NCBI GenBank assembly: GCA_035714365.1
Contig: DASTMB010000098.1
Span: 70,005 to 134,004, forward strand
Length of the DNA: 64,000 nt
Direction: 5' to 3'
DNA from: Mycobacteriales bacterium
GTDB taxonomy: Bacteria; Actinomycetota; Actinomycetes; BP-191
Part shown: piece by piece, positions 49,852 through 59,258 of the stretch
Position numbering within the stretch: the first letter of the stretch is position 1
Layout of the letters: each line of letters starts with the position of its first letter
Made by a program: the position numbers and the translations under genes
The notes under the pieces: generated by a model
Told to the model about the DNA's origin: nothing
The model's input: only the letters and a program-made list of their open reading frames with translations
Databases searched by the model: none

Positions 49852-51308
49852 CCGAGCTCACGCGGCGTTCCGCCGCCTCGCTCGCGGCGTCGATCGCGGC
49901 GGGCGAGGTGTCCGCCGTCGAGGTGACGCAGGCGCACCTGGACCGGATCGCGGCCGTCGACGACAAGGTCCACGCGTTCCTCCACGTCGACGCCGAGGGG
50001 GCGCTGACCCAGGCGCGGCGGGTCGACGCGGGCGAGGTGACCGGCCCGCTGGCGGGCGTGCCGCTGGCGTTGAAGGACGTGTTCACCACCGAGGGCGTCC
50101 CGACCACCTGCGGCTCGAAGATCCTCGAAGGCTGGCGGCCGCCGTACGACGCGACCGTGACGCGGCGGCTCAAGGAGGCCGGCGTCGTCATCCTCGGCAA
50201 GACCAACATGGACGAGTTCGCGATGGGCTCCTCCACCGAGAACAGCGCGTACGGCCCCACCCGCAACCCGTGGGACCTCGACCGCGTCCCCGGCGGCTCC
50301 GGCGGCGGCTCGTCGGCCGCGGTCGCGTCGTTCATGGCGCCGCTCGGCATCGGCACCGACACCGGAGGGTCGATCCGCCAGCCGGCCGCCGTCACCGGCA
50401 CCGTCGGCGCCAAGCCCACCTACGGCGGCGTGTCCCGGTACGGCCTCATCGCGTTCTCCTCCTCGCTCGACCAGGGCGGGCCGTGCGCGCGCACCGTGCT
50501 CGACGCGGCGTTGCTGCACGAGGTCATCGCCGGCCACGACCCGATGGACTCCACCTCGATCGACGCGCCGGTGCCGCCGGTGGTCTCGGCCGCGCGGTCC
50601 GCGGACGTGTCCGGGATGCGCGTCGGCGTCGTCCGCGAGTTCACCGGCGACGGGTACCAGCCCGGCGTCGAGGCGGCGTTCCGCGCGGCCGTCGCGACGC
50701 TCGAGTCGCTCGGCGCCACGGTGGTCGAGGTGTCCTGCCCGCACTTCGTCTACGCGCTGCCCGCCTACTACCTGATCGCGCCCAGCGAGTGCTCCTCCAA
50801 CCTCGCCCGCTTCGACGCCATGCGGTACGGCCTGCGGGTGGGCGACGACGGGGCGCGTTCGGCCGAGGAGGTCATGTCCGTCACCCGCGACGCGGGCTTC
50901 GGCGACGAGGTCAAGCGACGCGTCATCCTCGGCTCGTTCGCCCTGTCGTCCGGCTACTACGACGCGTACTACGGCCAGGCGCAGAAGGTCCGCACGCTCA
51001 TCACCCGCGACTTCGCGGCGGCGTTCGAGCAGGTCGACGTGCTCGTGTCGCCCACGACGCCGACGACGGCGTTCCGCATCGGCGAACGCGCCGACGACCC
51101 GATGGCGATGTACCTCGCCGACCTGTGCACCATCCCCTCCAACCTCTCCGGCGGCGCCGCCATGTCCGTCCCCTGCGGCGCCCTCTCCGACGACGGGCTG
51201 CCGGTCGGGCTCCAGGTCATGGCACCCGCGATGCGCGACGACCAGATGTATCGGGTGGCGGCGGCGTACGAGGCCGCGGCCCCGCTGACGGAGGTGCCCG
51301 CGCTGTGA
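49848..51308 (+). CDS. gatA: Asp/Glu-tRNA amidotransferase subunit A (amidase signature)
   Basis: Amidase signature [12 protein letters not shown]...[12 protein letters not shown]; overlaps gatC by 4 nt. Confidence 0.9.
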   Translation: MTELTRRSAASLAASIAAGEVSAVEVTQAHLDRIAAVDDKVHAFLHVDAEGALTQARRVDAGEVTGPLAGVPLALKDVFTTEGVPTTCGSKILEGWRPPYDATVTRRLKEAGVVILGKTNMDEFAMGSSTENSAYGPTRNPWDLDRVPGGSGGGSSAAVASFMAPLGIGTDTGGSIRQPAAVTGTVGAKPTYGGVSRYGLIAFSSSLDQGGPCARTVLDAALLHEVIAGHDPMDSTSIDAPVPPVVSAARSADVSGMRVGVVREFTGDGYQPGVEAAFRAAVATLESLGATVVEVSCPHFVYALPAYYLIAPSECSSNLARFDAMRYGLRVGDDGARSAEEVMSVTRDAGFGDEVKRRVILGSFALSSGYYDAYYGQAQKVRTLITRDFAAAFEQVDVLVSPTTPTTAFRIGERADDPMAMYLADLCTIPSNLSGGAAMSVPCGALSDDGLPVGLQVMAPAMRDDQMYRVAAAYEAAAPLTEVPAL

Positions 51309-52777
51309 CCGCCGTTGTGGACGACGTGCTGGCGAGGTGGGAGCCGGTCATCGGCATGGAGACCCACGTCGAGCTCGGCACCCGGTCGAAGATGTTCTGC
51401 GGCTGCGCGACGGAGTTCGGCGCCGAGCCGAACACGCAGACCTGCCCCGTCTGCCTCGGCCTCCCCGGGTCGCTGCCCGTCGCCAACGAGGCTGCCATCC
51501 GCTACACCGTCATGATCGGGCTGGCGCTGAACTGTTCCATCGCCGAGTGGTGCCGCTTCGCGCGGAAGAACTACTTCTACCCGGACATGCCGAAGAACTT
51601 CCAGATCAGCCAGTACGACGAGCCGTTGTGCTTCGACGGCTGGATCGAGGTCGGCGGCGAGCGCATCGGCATCGAACGCGTCCACCTCGAGGAGGACACC
51701 GGCAAGTCGCTGCACGTCGGCGGCGCCACCGGCCGCATCCACGGCGCCGACCACTCGCTCGTCGACTACAACCGCGCCGGCATCCCGCTCGTCGAGATCG
51801 TCACCCGCCCCGACATCCACTCCGCCGAGACGGCCCGCGCCTACGTCACCGAGCTGCGCGACATCCTGCGCACCCTCGGCGTCAGCGACGTGAAGATGGA
51901 GGAGGGGTCGCTGCGTTGCGACGTCAACGTGTCGTTGCGGCCGCGCGGCGTTCTCGCGCTCGGCACGCGCGCGGAGGTCAAGAACGTCAACTCGCTGCGT
52001 TCGGTCGAGCGGGCCGTCCGGCACGAGATCGGGCGGCAGGCGGCACGGCTGGAGGCGGGGGAGCGGATCGTCCAGGAGACGCGCCACTTCCACGAGAACA
52101 CCGGCACCACCACCGCCGGGCGGTCCAAGGAGGAGGCGCAGGACTACCGGTACTTCCCGGAGCCCGACCTCGTCCCGATCGCGCCCGCGCGCGACTGGGT
52201 GGAGTCGTTGCGGGCGGCGTTGCCCGAGCTGCCGTCGGCGCGGCGCGCCCGCCTCGTCGGCTCGCTCGGCCTGCCCGAGCTCGACGTCGAGGCGATGACC
52301 CGCGCGGGCGTTCTCGACCTGGTGCTCGCCACCGTCGAGGCCGGCGCGTCCCCGGCCGAGGCCCGCAACTGGTGGCTCGGCGACCTCCAGGCCCGCGCCA
52401 ACGCCGCCGGTGTCCCCGCCGGCGACCTCGGCGTCACGCCCGCGCACGTCGCCCGCGTCTGCGCGCTCGTCGCGGCCGGCGACCTGTCGGCGTCGCTGGC
52501 GAAGGAGGTCTTCGCAGCGGTCATGGAGACCGGTCAGGACCCGGACACCGTCGTCGCGGAGCGCGGGCTGAAGCAGGTGTCCGACGAGGGCGCGCTCGGC
52601 GCCGCCGTGGACGAGGCCATCGCCGCGAACCCGGACGTCGCGCAGAAGGTCCGCGACGGCAAGGTCGCCGCGGCCGGCGCGCTCGTGGGCGCGGTGATGA
52701 AGGCGATGCGCGGGCAGGCGAACGCCGCCACCGTCAACCGCCTCGTCCTCGAACGCCTCGGCGTTCATCGCCCGTAA
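51305..52777 (+). CDS. gatB: Asp/Glu-tRNA amidotransferase subunit B
   Basis: GTG start overlapping the gatA stop (GTGA). [20 protein letters not shown]...[20 protein letters not shown] is the GatB signature. Embedded in track ORF 50270..52777. Confidence 0.9.
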   Translation: MTAVVDDVLARWEPVIGMETHVELGTRSKMFCGCATEFGAEPNTQTCPVCLGLPGSLPVANEAAIRYTVMIGLALNCSIAEWCRFARKNYFYPDMPKNFQISQYDEPLCFDGWIEVGGERIGIERVHLEEDTGKSLHVGGATGRIHGADHSLVDYNRAGIPLVEIVTRPDIHSAETARAYVTELRDILRTLGVSDVKMEEGSLRCDVNVSLRPRGVLALGTRAEVKNVNSLRSVERAVRHEIGRQAARLEAGERIVQETRHFHENTGTTTAGRSKEEAQDYRYFPEPDLVPIAPARDWVESLRAALPELPSARRARLVGSLGLPELDVEAMTRAGVLDLVLATVEAGASPAEARNWWLGDLQARANAAGVPAGDLGVTPAHVARVCALVAAGDLSASLAKEVFAAVMETGQDPDTVVAERGLKQVSDEGALGAAVDEAIAANPDVAQKVRDGKVAAAGALVGAVMKAMRGQANAATVNRLVLERLGVHRP

Positions 52778-52819
52778 CTTATCGGCCGCACGTCAGAGTG
52801 ATGTTCGAGCGGCGATCAC

Positions 52820-54412
52820 TTATTCGGGAAAGTAATCGCCGTCATCCGCTTCCTCGTCCGGCACTAGCGCCTCACTTACTTGTTCCACGGCGCTCAGTGG
52901 AGGGAAAGGGCTCGCTGCTGGCGCCGGCGTATAGGATCCTAACTCCGGGTACAGAGCAACAGTGCGTGTGACGAGATCGGTGGCCTTCGTTCGCAGATCA
53001 TCCGAGAACTCATCTGCGAGGGTGAGTTGGCCAATCAAGAGACGTCGAACAATGTCGCAGCAATAGGCGATATCGTCATCGGTCGGAGCGCCATCCTCGT
53101 GCTGGTCCAGCTCGCGGTCGAGTGACTGCACAAGTTCCGAGACGGCAATCGAGGGCAGCGGCACTGAGTATATGTGACCCCAAGAAATTTCGTTTGCTGC
53201 CGCAACGATATGGCGACGAGTGTAATTCAATCGAAGTCCCGTGAGGATCGTGGATGCAATCCCTGGGCCATAAATCCCGTCAACAGCTGCGGCAACTGCA
53301 CTTTGCAATATGATGCTAAGATCCTCCCAGCGTGCAACGTTACTCCCTTGCACACGCAAGAGGAAGTCGTCGTATGCCTCAGCCAGCGCGTGTGGAATCT
53401 TGCGCTTAGATAATTGCGCAATCAGATCTGATGTGAAGATCGTCTGCGCGCCAAAGGGAGTCCGACGCCGAGGGCTCGTCGCTGGCCGTATTTGTGCGGA
53501 CAACTGCGAGATCAAGCCATAGCTGGTAAGCATCTTGAGAGTCGAACCGGGTATCACGGCCTGTGGGAAGGCTGTAATAGTTAGGCGACTCAGGAACTCG
53601 CCTAGAAGGCGTGCATGTTCGCTGTGATCGACGGTCTTAGTGGGATCGAGGACAATGGTCCTCAGGCCAACCGAGGAGTACAGAGCTTCTAGTACGGGAT
53701 TCGGGTGCAGACGAACAATCCAGGAGATGGGCCGATCGGCCGTCGGAACGTCCTTCATCATTTGCATTAGCTTGAACCAGATAACGCGGATGTTAATATC
53801 GCCGAAACCATACCCCATAAAAAGGACGGAGCGGCCAAGTAGATCCCCTCGGAACTTGAGGTCCATGGGCGATTCGAAGTCGAGGCGGGCGTAGTACGAA
53901 CTTTCTGTAAGAACAAGCGTATCTTCATACATCAAGTCGCCGTGATACTTTACTATCTGCGTTCTGTTTCCTCCGGTACCTAGCGCTAGGTGACGTGGGA
54001 GAGCTACGAGATCAGTCAAAATCCCTGCTCGGCGAAAGGTTCGTTCAATTAAATCATCATAGTTTGTCGTGTAGACTTGCGGAGCGCCGAGGTTCACTAG
54101 CTCCACGTGGCAAGTCGACAGGAGTGGATCTGTTTCTGTGCGCAGGGCTTCCGAGATTCGTTGCCGCAGCGGACCGATCATGCTGCCCGACTTGATAAAC
54201 AGGTACTCCGCTACCTGCAGGAAGTTATTGTCACACAGATCGCATAGATCATCGAACTCCGGTACGTCTTCTGCTACGTCGCAGATGCTCGCAAGTAGAT
54301 CGCGCCACGATGGCAGGCCCAGGGATGCGGAGAACCCTGCGCCGACAAATGGAATAACTCGCCGCTCCGCGACCATCTTCGCGAGTTCGGTCGGAATTAC
54401 AAAGTCAGACAT
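52820..54412 (-). CDS. SIR2-family (SIR2_2/DHS-like NAD-binding) protein with uncharacterised C-terminal domain; candidate NAD+-depleting anti-phage defence effector, in a low-GC island
   Basis: N-terminal ~280 aa carries the defence-type SIR2 signature: RVIPFVGAGFSASLGLPSW, VYTTNYDDLIERTF (catalytic Asn), VKYHGD (catalytic His), VLFMGYGFGDINIRV. No Cys4 zinc ribbon of deacetylase sirtuins. The C-terminal ~240 aa are helical with no recognisable motif. The gene lies in DNA of ~50-55% GC (eyeball counts) between >70% GC flanks. Confidence 0.7.
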   Translation of the reverse strand: MSDFVIPTELAKMVAERRVIPFVGAGFSASLGLPSWRDLLASICDVAEDVPEFDDLCDLCDNNFLQVAEYLFIKSGSMIGPLRQRISEALRTETDPLLSTCHVELVNLGAPQVYTTNYDDLIERTFRRAGILTDLVALPRHLALGTGGNRTQIVKYHGDLMYEDTLVLTESSYYARLDFESPMDLKFRGDLLGRSVLFMGYGFGDINIRVIWFKLMQMMKDVPTADRPISWIVRLHPNPVLEALYSSVGLRTIVLDPTKTVDHSEHARLLGEFLSRLTITAFPQAVIPGSTLKMLTSYGLISQLSAQIRPATSPRRRTPFGAQTIFTSDLIAQLSKRKIPHALAEAYDDFLLRVQGSNVARWEDLSIILQSAVAAAVDGIYGPGIASTILTGLRLNYTRRHIVAAANEISWGHIYSVPLPSIAVSELVQSLDRELDQHEDGAPTDDDIAYCCDIVRRLLIGQLTLADEFSDDLRTKATDLVTRTVALYPELGSYTPAPAASPFPPLSAVEQVSEALVPDEEADDGDYFPE

Positions 54413-54440
54413 GGCGTCCCCTCTCAGGGGGAACTATACC

Positions 54441-55526
54441 GTGGTAAGACGGAGCGGGACATTGATCGCGCTTGTGCTGGCCATCGGCATAGCGGCTATC
54501 GCGCCGGCGGGCGCCCACACCAGCGACCCGACGATCGTCACGCGCATCGACGCGGTCGAGCCGCACCCGGACGGCGTGACGATCGAGGTGCGCGCCGGCG
54601 TCGCCGACCAGCTCCTCGCCGTCAACACCACACCGACGCCGCTCACGATCCTGGCGACCGGCGGCGAGCCGTTCCTGCGCATCGGGCAGCACCAGGTCGA
54701 GGCGAACCTCGCCTCCCCGGACTGGTACCTGTCGAACTCCCCGCTCGGCCTCGCCCGCATCCCGGGCACCGCGACGCCACGAGCGGCGCCGCGCTGGCTG
54801 GTGGTCGCGCGGTCCGGCTCGTGGGGCTGGTTCGACCACCGGCTGCACCCGGTCATCCGCCCGCTCACGCCCGAGCTGCGCAACGCCCGCGCCGCGGTGC
54901 GGCTCGGCGACTGGAGCGTGCCGTTCACCTACGGCGCCACGCCCGGCCGCGTCACCGGGCACGTCGAGTACCGGCCGGTGCTCGGCGCGTTCCGCAGCCG
55001 GGTCGAGCACGTACCCGACGGCGTGGAGGTGGACGTGCTGGACGGGCGGGTGCCGGGGCTGTTCCTGCGCTGGCGGGGCAGCGGGACGTTGACGGTCGGC
55101 GGGATCGCGGGGGAGCCGTTCGCGCGGCTCACGCCCACCACCGCCGAGGTCAACGCCGCGAGCGAGACGTGGCAGGACGACCAGCGGCTGCGCGGCACGG
55201 CGCCGACGGCGGCGGCGGACCCGGCGCGACCGCAGTGGCGGGTCACGGGAACGGCGCCGCGGCTCACCTGGCTGGACCGGAGGCTCGCGTACGCGCCGGG
55301 CGTGCCGCCGGACGCCGTGCTGCGGTCGCGGCGGGTCACGACGATGGTCGAGTGGGACGTGCCGGTGAACGTCGCCGGGCGGGCCGAGCACGTCACCGGC
55401 ACCACCACCTGGGTGCCGTCGGCGACGGCGCCGCAACGGCACCCGTGGCCGCTCTACGCGGCCGCCGCGCTGGCCGCCGTCGCGGGGCTCGCGGTCCTGC
55501 GCCGCAAGGGGCCGCGGCGCCGCTGA
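54441..55526 (+). CDS. Secreted hypothetical protein with C-terminal hydrophobic anchor
   Basis: GTG start with AGGGGGA RBS ~10 nt upstream; VVRRSGTLIALVLAIGIAAIAPAGAHT signal peptide; C-terminus PLYAAAALAAVAGLAVLRRKGPRRR (TM + basic tail). An alternative ATG at 54411 overlaps the SIR2 start (CATG). Confidence 0.45.
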   Translation: MVRRSGTLIALVLAIGIAAIAPAGAHTSDPTIVTRIDAVEPHPDGVTIEVRAGVADQLLAVNTTPTPLTILATGGEPFLRIGQHQVEANLASPDWYLSNSPLGLARIPGTATPRAAPRWLVVARSGSWGWFDHRLHPVIRPLTPELRNARAAVRLGDWSVPFTYGATPGRVTGHVEYRPVLGAFRSRVEHVPDGVEVDVLDGRVPGLFLRWRGSGTLTVGGIAGEPFARLTPTTAEVNAASETWQDDQRLRGTAPTAAADPARPQWRVTGTAPRLTWLDRRLAYAPGVPPDAVLRSRRVTTMVEWDVPVNVAGRAEHVTGTTTWVPSATAPQRHPWPLYAAAALAAVAGLAVLRRKGPRRR

Positions 55527-55589
55527 CGCAGGGAACGCCGCCTCCGGTGTCGAAGCGGACCGGCGCTGTCCCTACCGAGAGGCCCGCCG

Positions 55590-57764
55590 ATGCGCACGAC
55601 CGCCGCCGTCGCCGCCCTGCTGCTCGCCGCGGGCGCCGCGCCCACCCTGCTGTCCCCGGCCGCGCAGGCCACCGACCCGTCCGTCGTCGGCGTGTTCTCG
55701 CAGCCGTTCGAGGAGGCCGGGCCGCGCTGCGCGAAGGACGCGCAGGGGCACACGATCTGCAAGCCGGCCGGCGTCTCCACGGTCGCCCTCGCCGACGGCA
55801 CGGTCCTCTACTGGGACGGCCTGGAGGGCATGGAGGACGTCCGCTACAACACCGTCCTCGAGATCGGCGACACCGCGCAGGACGACCTCTCCCGCGTGCT
55901 CGACCTGCGCGGCGGCCGCCCCCGCTGGTCGACGCCGACGCCGAAGGACGCCAGCCCCTCCAACGCCCCCGTCGGCGACGAGTTCCTCCCGGTCGTCCCG
56001 CACAACAACGACCGGACCGACAACGACAACGACCTGTTCTGCGCCGACCAGGTGCAGCTCGCCGACGGCCGGGTGCTCACGGTCGGCGGCACCGGCTACT
56101 ACCTGGAGCCCGGCGTCACCGGCGTCCCCTACGGCCTCAGCGAGCTCGAGGGCCTCAAGGCGACGCGCCTGTTCGACCCCGCGACACGGACGTGGCGCAA
56201 CGCGCGCGGCCACATGACGTACGGCCGCTGGTACCCGAGCCTGGTCACGCTGCCGGACGGCAAGGTGCTCGTCACGAGCGGCGTCACCAAGCTCATCAAG
56301 CCGATGTACCCGGACCGCCCCGCCGACAGCGGCACCAACGTCAAGCAGACCGAGACGTTCGACCCGGCGACCGAGACGTGGACGGTCAACCCGGCGAGCG
56401 CCGACCGGTCGCTGCCGCTGTTCCCGCGGCTGCACCTGCTGCCGGACGGCAAGGTGTACTACGACGCCGCCGGCCAGACGTTCAACCCGATGGGCCAGTC
56501 GTACGACGAGGCGCTGTGGAACATGGCCGCCGTCTACGACCCGGCCACCAAGGCGTGGACCGACCTGGGCCTGCCGCAGTTCGGCCCGGCGCTGAAGGGC
56601 TTCCGCGGCAGCGGGTTCTCGCAGCAGCTCACGCTGCGGGCGCCGTACACGAAGGCGGAGTTCCTCTCCGCGGGCGGCGTCTACGGCGTCACGCCCGGCA
56701 CCTACGTCGGCACCGACACGTCGACGCTCAACACCGTCGACACCGCGGCCGGCGACGCGTTCAGCAGCGTCGCGACCGGCCCGCTGCGCAACGCCCGCTG
56801 GTACTCCACCGGCGTCACGCTGCCGACCGGGCAGGTGCTCGCGTTCTCCGGTGCCGACCGCGACGAGGTCGACGCGCCGGGCAGCGGCGCGGCGGTGACG
56901 CAGGCCGAGCTGTTCGACCCGGCGACGCGCACCTGGACGGCGCTGGCGAGCGGCCACAAGGGCCGGACGTACCACAACACCGCGATCCTGCTGCCGGACG
57001 GCCGGGTGCTCGTCGGCGGGCACGCGCCGATCAACACGGGCTACGCGTTCGGCACCAACGCCGTCCGCTCCGAGGTGGGCCTGTCGGACGCGTTCCGCGA
57101 CCCGTCGTTCGAGGTGTTCACGCCGCCGAACCTGTTCTACGGCCCGCGCCCGGTCATCACCGACTACGAGCGCAGCCAGCGGTACGGCACCCGCACGACC
57201 ATCGACGTCACGGACGCCCGCGACGTCGCGAGCGTCGTGCTGGTCCGCAACCCGGCGCTGACCCACCTCATCGACGGCGACCAGAAGGTGGTCGAGCTGC
57301 CGATCGTCGGCCGCGACGGCGGCAGCGTCACCGTCGCCACGCCGCCGTCGGCGAACGTCGCCCCCGCGGGCCCGTACTGGCTGTTCGTCAACAAGCGGAC
57401 GCCGAAGGGCCTGACGCCGTCGGTGTCACGCCAGGTGTTCGTCGGCGCGCCCGTCCCGGCCGCGCTGGCCGGCACCATCGAGGCCAACAACGCCGCCGCC
57501 GTGCGCGCCGAGCTCGGCGCCGCGAAGGCGGCACCGCACGGCAAGGCGAAGGGCCACGACAAGCGCTCGAAGACCGCCGCGCCCGCCGGCTCGTCGACCC
57601 CGGCGAAGGCGCCAGCCGCCACCGTCGCGAACCACGCCGGGGACGCGCGGGCGATCGACGCGGTGCCGGTGAGCGACACGCGTCGCCGGGCGCCGTACGC
57701 GCTGCTCGCGCTCACCGCCGCGGCGGGCGTCGCGGTGACGCGGCGCCGGCTCGCGCGCCGGTAG
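55590..57764 (+). CDS. Secreted Kelch/galactose-oxidase-like copper radical oxidase family protein (glyoxal-oxidase-like, DUF1929 C-domain) with C-terminal membrane anchor
   Basis: Signal peptide MRTTAAVAALLLAAGAAPTLLSPAAQA. Repeated Kelch-like blades (DGRVLTVGG, DGKVLVTSG, DGKVYYDAAG, TGQVLAFSG, DGRVLVGGH). C-terminal E-set-like domain (PYWLFVNKRTPKGLTPSVSRQVFVG). Terminal LLALTAAAGVAVTRRRLARR. Confidence 0.7.
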   Translation: MRTTAAVAALLLAAGAAPTLLSPAAQATDPSVVGVFSQPFEEAGPRCAKDAQGHTICKPAGVSTVALADGTVLYWDGLEGMEDVRYNTVLEIGDTAQDDLSRVLDLRGGRPRWSTPTPKDASPSNAPVGDEFLPVVPHNNDRTDNDNDLFCADQVQLADGRVLTVGGTGYYLEPGVTGVPYGLSELEGLKATRLFDPATRTWRNARGHMTYGRWYPSLVTLPDGKVLVTSGVTKLIKPMYPDRPADSGTNVKQTETFDPATETWTVNPASADRSLPLFPRLHLLPDGKVYYDAAGQTFNPMGQSYDEALWNMAAVYDPATKAWTDLGLPQFGPALKGFRGSGFSQQLTLRAPYTKAEFLSAGGVYGVTPGTYVGTDTSTLNTVDTAAGDAFSSVATGPLRNARWYSTGVTLPTGQVLAFSGADRDEVDAPGSGAAVTQAELFDPATRTWTALASGHKGRTYHNTAILLPDGRVLVGGHAPINTGYAFGTNAVRSEVGLSDAFRDPSFEVFTPPNLFYGPRPVITDYERSQRYGTRTTIDVTDARDVASVVLVRNPALTHLIDGDQKVVELPIVGRDGGSVTVATPPSANVAPAGPYWLFVNKRTPKGLTPSVSRQVFVGAPVPAALAGTIEANNAAAVRAELGAAKAAPHGKAKGHDKRSKTAAPAGSSTPAKAPAATVANHAGDARAIDAVPVSDTRRRAPYALLALTAAAGVAVTRRRLARR

Positions 57765-57778
57765 CCGCGCCCGCCGGC

Positions 57779-58642
57779 TCAGCGCGTCTCGGCCACCAGT
57801 TCGGCGAGCAACGCCGTCAGCTCGTCCGGGCGTTCGATCGGCAGGAAGTGCGAGCCGTCGAGCTCGACCAGCCGCGCGTGCGGGATCGCCGCCGCCGCGC
57901 GGCGCATCGCGTGCCGCGACGTGACGATGTCCCGGCGTCCGGCGACGAGCGTCGTCGGGCAGCGCACGAACGACAGGTCCATCGGCGCGTGGTCGGCCAG
58001 CGCGACGGCGAGCGTGAAGTACCAGCGGAAGTCGTGCTTGCGGAACTCGTCCAGCGTCGGCACCAGGCGTTCCGGCGTGGCGGCGGGCAGCATGAACCCG
58101 CTGTGCGCCACCGCCCACGCCGTCGCGCGGTTGACCGGCACGGTGCGGGCGGTGAGGTTCAGCGCCGGGGCGGCGAGCCGCAGCCCGCGCGCCACCGACA
58201 CCGCCGCCGCGTGCCGCACCCGCGGCAGCCCGCGCAACGGCCCGAACATCGCCGCGAACGACCCGCCCGGCACGCCGGCGACCGCGAGCAGGCCGGCGAC
58301 CCGCTCCGGGTACGCCTCCGCGAACGCGAACGCCACGTTGACGCCGAGGCTCCAGCAGACCAGCACGGCGCGGTCGATCCCGCGCGCGTCGAGCAGCCCC
58401 AGCAGGTCGCCGACGTGGTCCTCGATGCGGATGCGGGCCGGGTCGAGCGGGCGCTCGGACCCGCCGGAGCCGCGGTAGTACCACGTGTGCACGCGGTACC
58501 CGCTGTCCGCCGACACCAGCGTCGGCCACGACTCCGGCGGTGCCCCGAGACCGTTCGCGACGACGACGTCGGGGCCGGTGCCGTCGTTGCACCACCCGCG
58601 CACGCGCGTGCCGTCGCCGGTGAGGTAGCCGAACGTGCTCAT
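57779..58642 (-). CDS. Alpha/beta-hydrolase fold protein
   Basis: VVVANGLG, CWSLGVNVAF (nucleophile elbow S), C-terminal DGSHFLPIERPDE (His). Confidence 0.65.
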   Translation of the reverse strand: MSTFGYLTGDGTRVRGWCNDGTGPDVVVANGLGAPPESWPTLVSADSGYRVHTWYYRGSGGSERPLDPARIRIEDHVGDLLGLLDARGIDRAVLVCWSLGVNVAFAFAEAYPERVAGLLAVAGVPGGSFAAMFGPLRGLPRVRHAAAVSVARGLRLAAPALNLTARTVPVNRATAWAVAHSGFMLPAATPERLVPTLDEFRKHDFRWYFTLAVALADHAPMDLSFVRCPTTLVAGRRDIVTSRHAMRRAAAAIPHARLVELDGSHFLPIERPDELTALLAELVAETR

Positions 58643-58688
58643 ACGCGACGTAGGGTCTCACCCGCCCCACGTCCACGTCCGGCGAGGC

Positions 58689-59141
58689 CTACGGGCCGGT
58701 CTGGGCCCCGAGGAACGTCACCGACGCCGGAGCACCGCACGGGATGCCGACCGGTGCCGTGACCGCCCACGTACCGGCCGCGACGGACCCTCCGCTGAAC
58801 GTCGCGGTCCAGCCGCCGGGCACGGCGTTCAGCGTGAACGACTGCACGCCGTTCGGGAACGCGATCGTCCCGGCGGCGGTGAGCGTGGCGGGGCAGGTGG
58901 CGGCGGGGGAGTTGACGGAGCCCCAGCCGTAGTAGTGGCACTCGACGAGGCAGACGTTGCCGTTGACGACGCAGGGGCCGTAGCACCACCACGCCACCCG
59001 GCCGTTCGACGAGCCGCAGCCGAAGCAGCTCACGTCGATCTGCATGTGGACGTCCGCCGCGGTGACGGCCTGCGCGGGCTGGGCGCCGAAGTAGGTCGAC
59101 GCGAGGGCGGCGACGGTGGCGACCGTGGAACGAACCTTCAT
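58689..59141 (-). CDS. Small secreted cysteine-rich protein (150 aa, 9 Cys)
   Basis: MKVRSTVATVAALASTYFGAQPAQA signal peptide; mature part rich in Cys/Gly/Trp (SCFGCGSSNGRVAWWCYGPCVVNGNVCLVECHYYGWG...); GAGAGG RBS upstream. Appears in the track only as the tail of the artefactual ORF 58689..60698 (antisense to ilvD). Confidence 0.4.
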   Translation of the reverse strand: MKVRSTVATVAALASTYFGAQPAQAVTAADVHMQIDVSCFGCGSSNGRVAWWCYGPCVVNGNVCLVECHYYGWGSVNSPAATCPATLTAAGTIAFPNGVQSFTLNAVPGGWTATFSGGSVAAGTWAVTAPVGIPCGAPASVTFLGAQTGP

Positions 59142-59258
59142 GTGGCACCTCTCAGTAGGGACGATCGAGGCGCGGGGAGACCTTCCTATGCCCGCCCCCG
59201 CGACGTCCGCAATGTCGGTCCGGGACAAAGGTCGGCCACCCCCTACTAGGGTCGCCCT

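Noticed and set aside
53174-54195. Five short ORFs (64-84 aa) on both strands inside the SIR2 gene
   Set aside because: Lower-GC DNA opens many short random frames. All overlap the motif-bearing SIR2 reading frame and none has an RBS or recognisable sequence; no hidden ThsB/TIR-like partner is found there.
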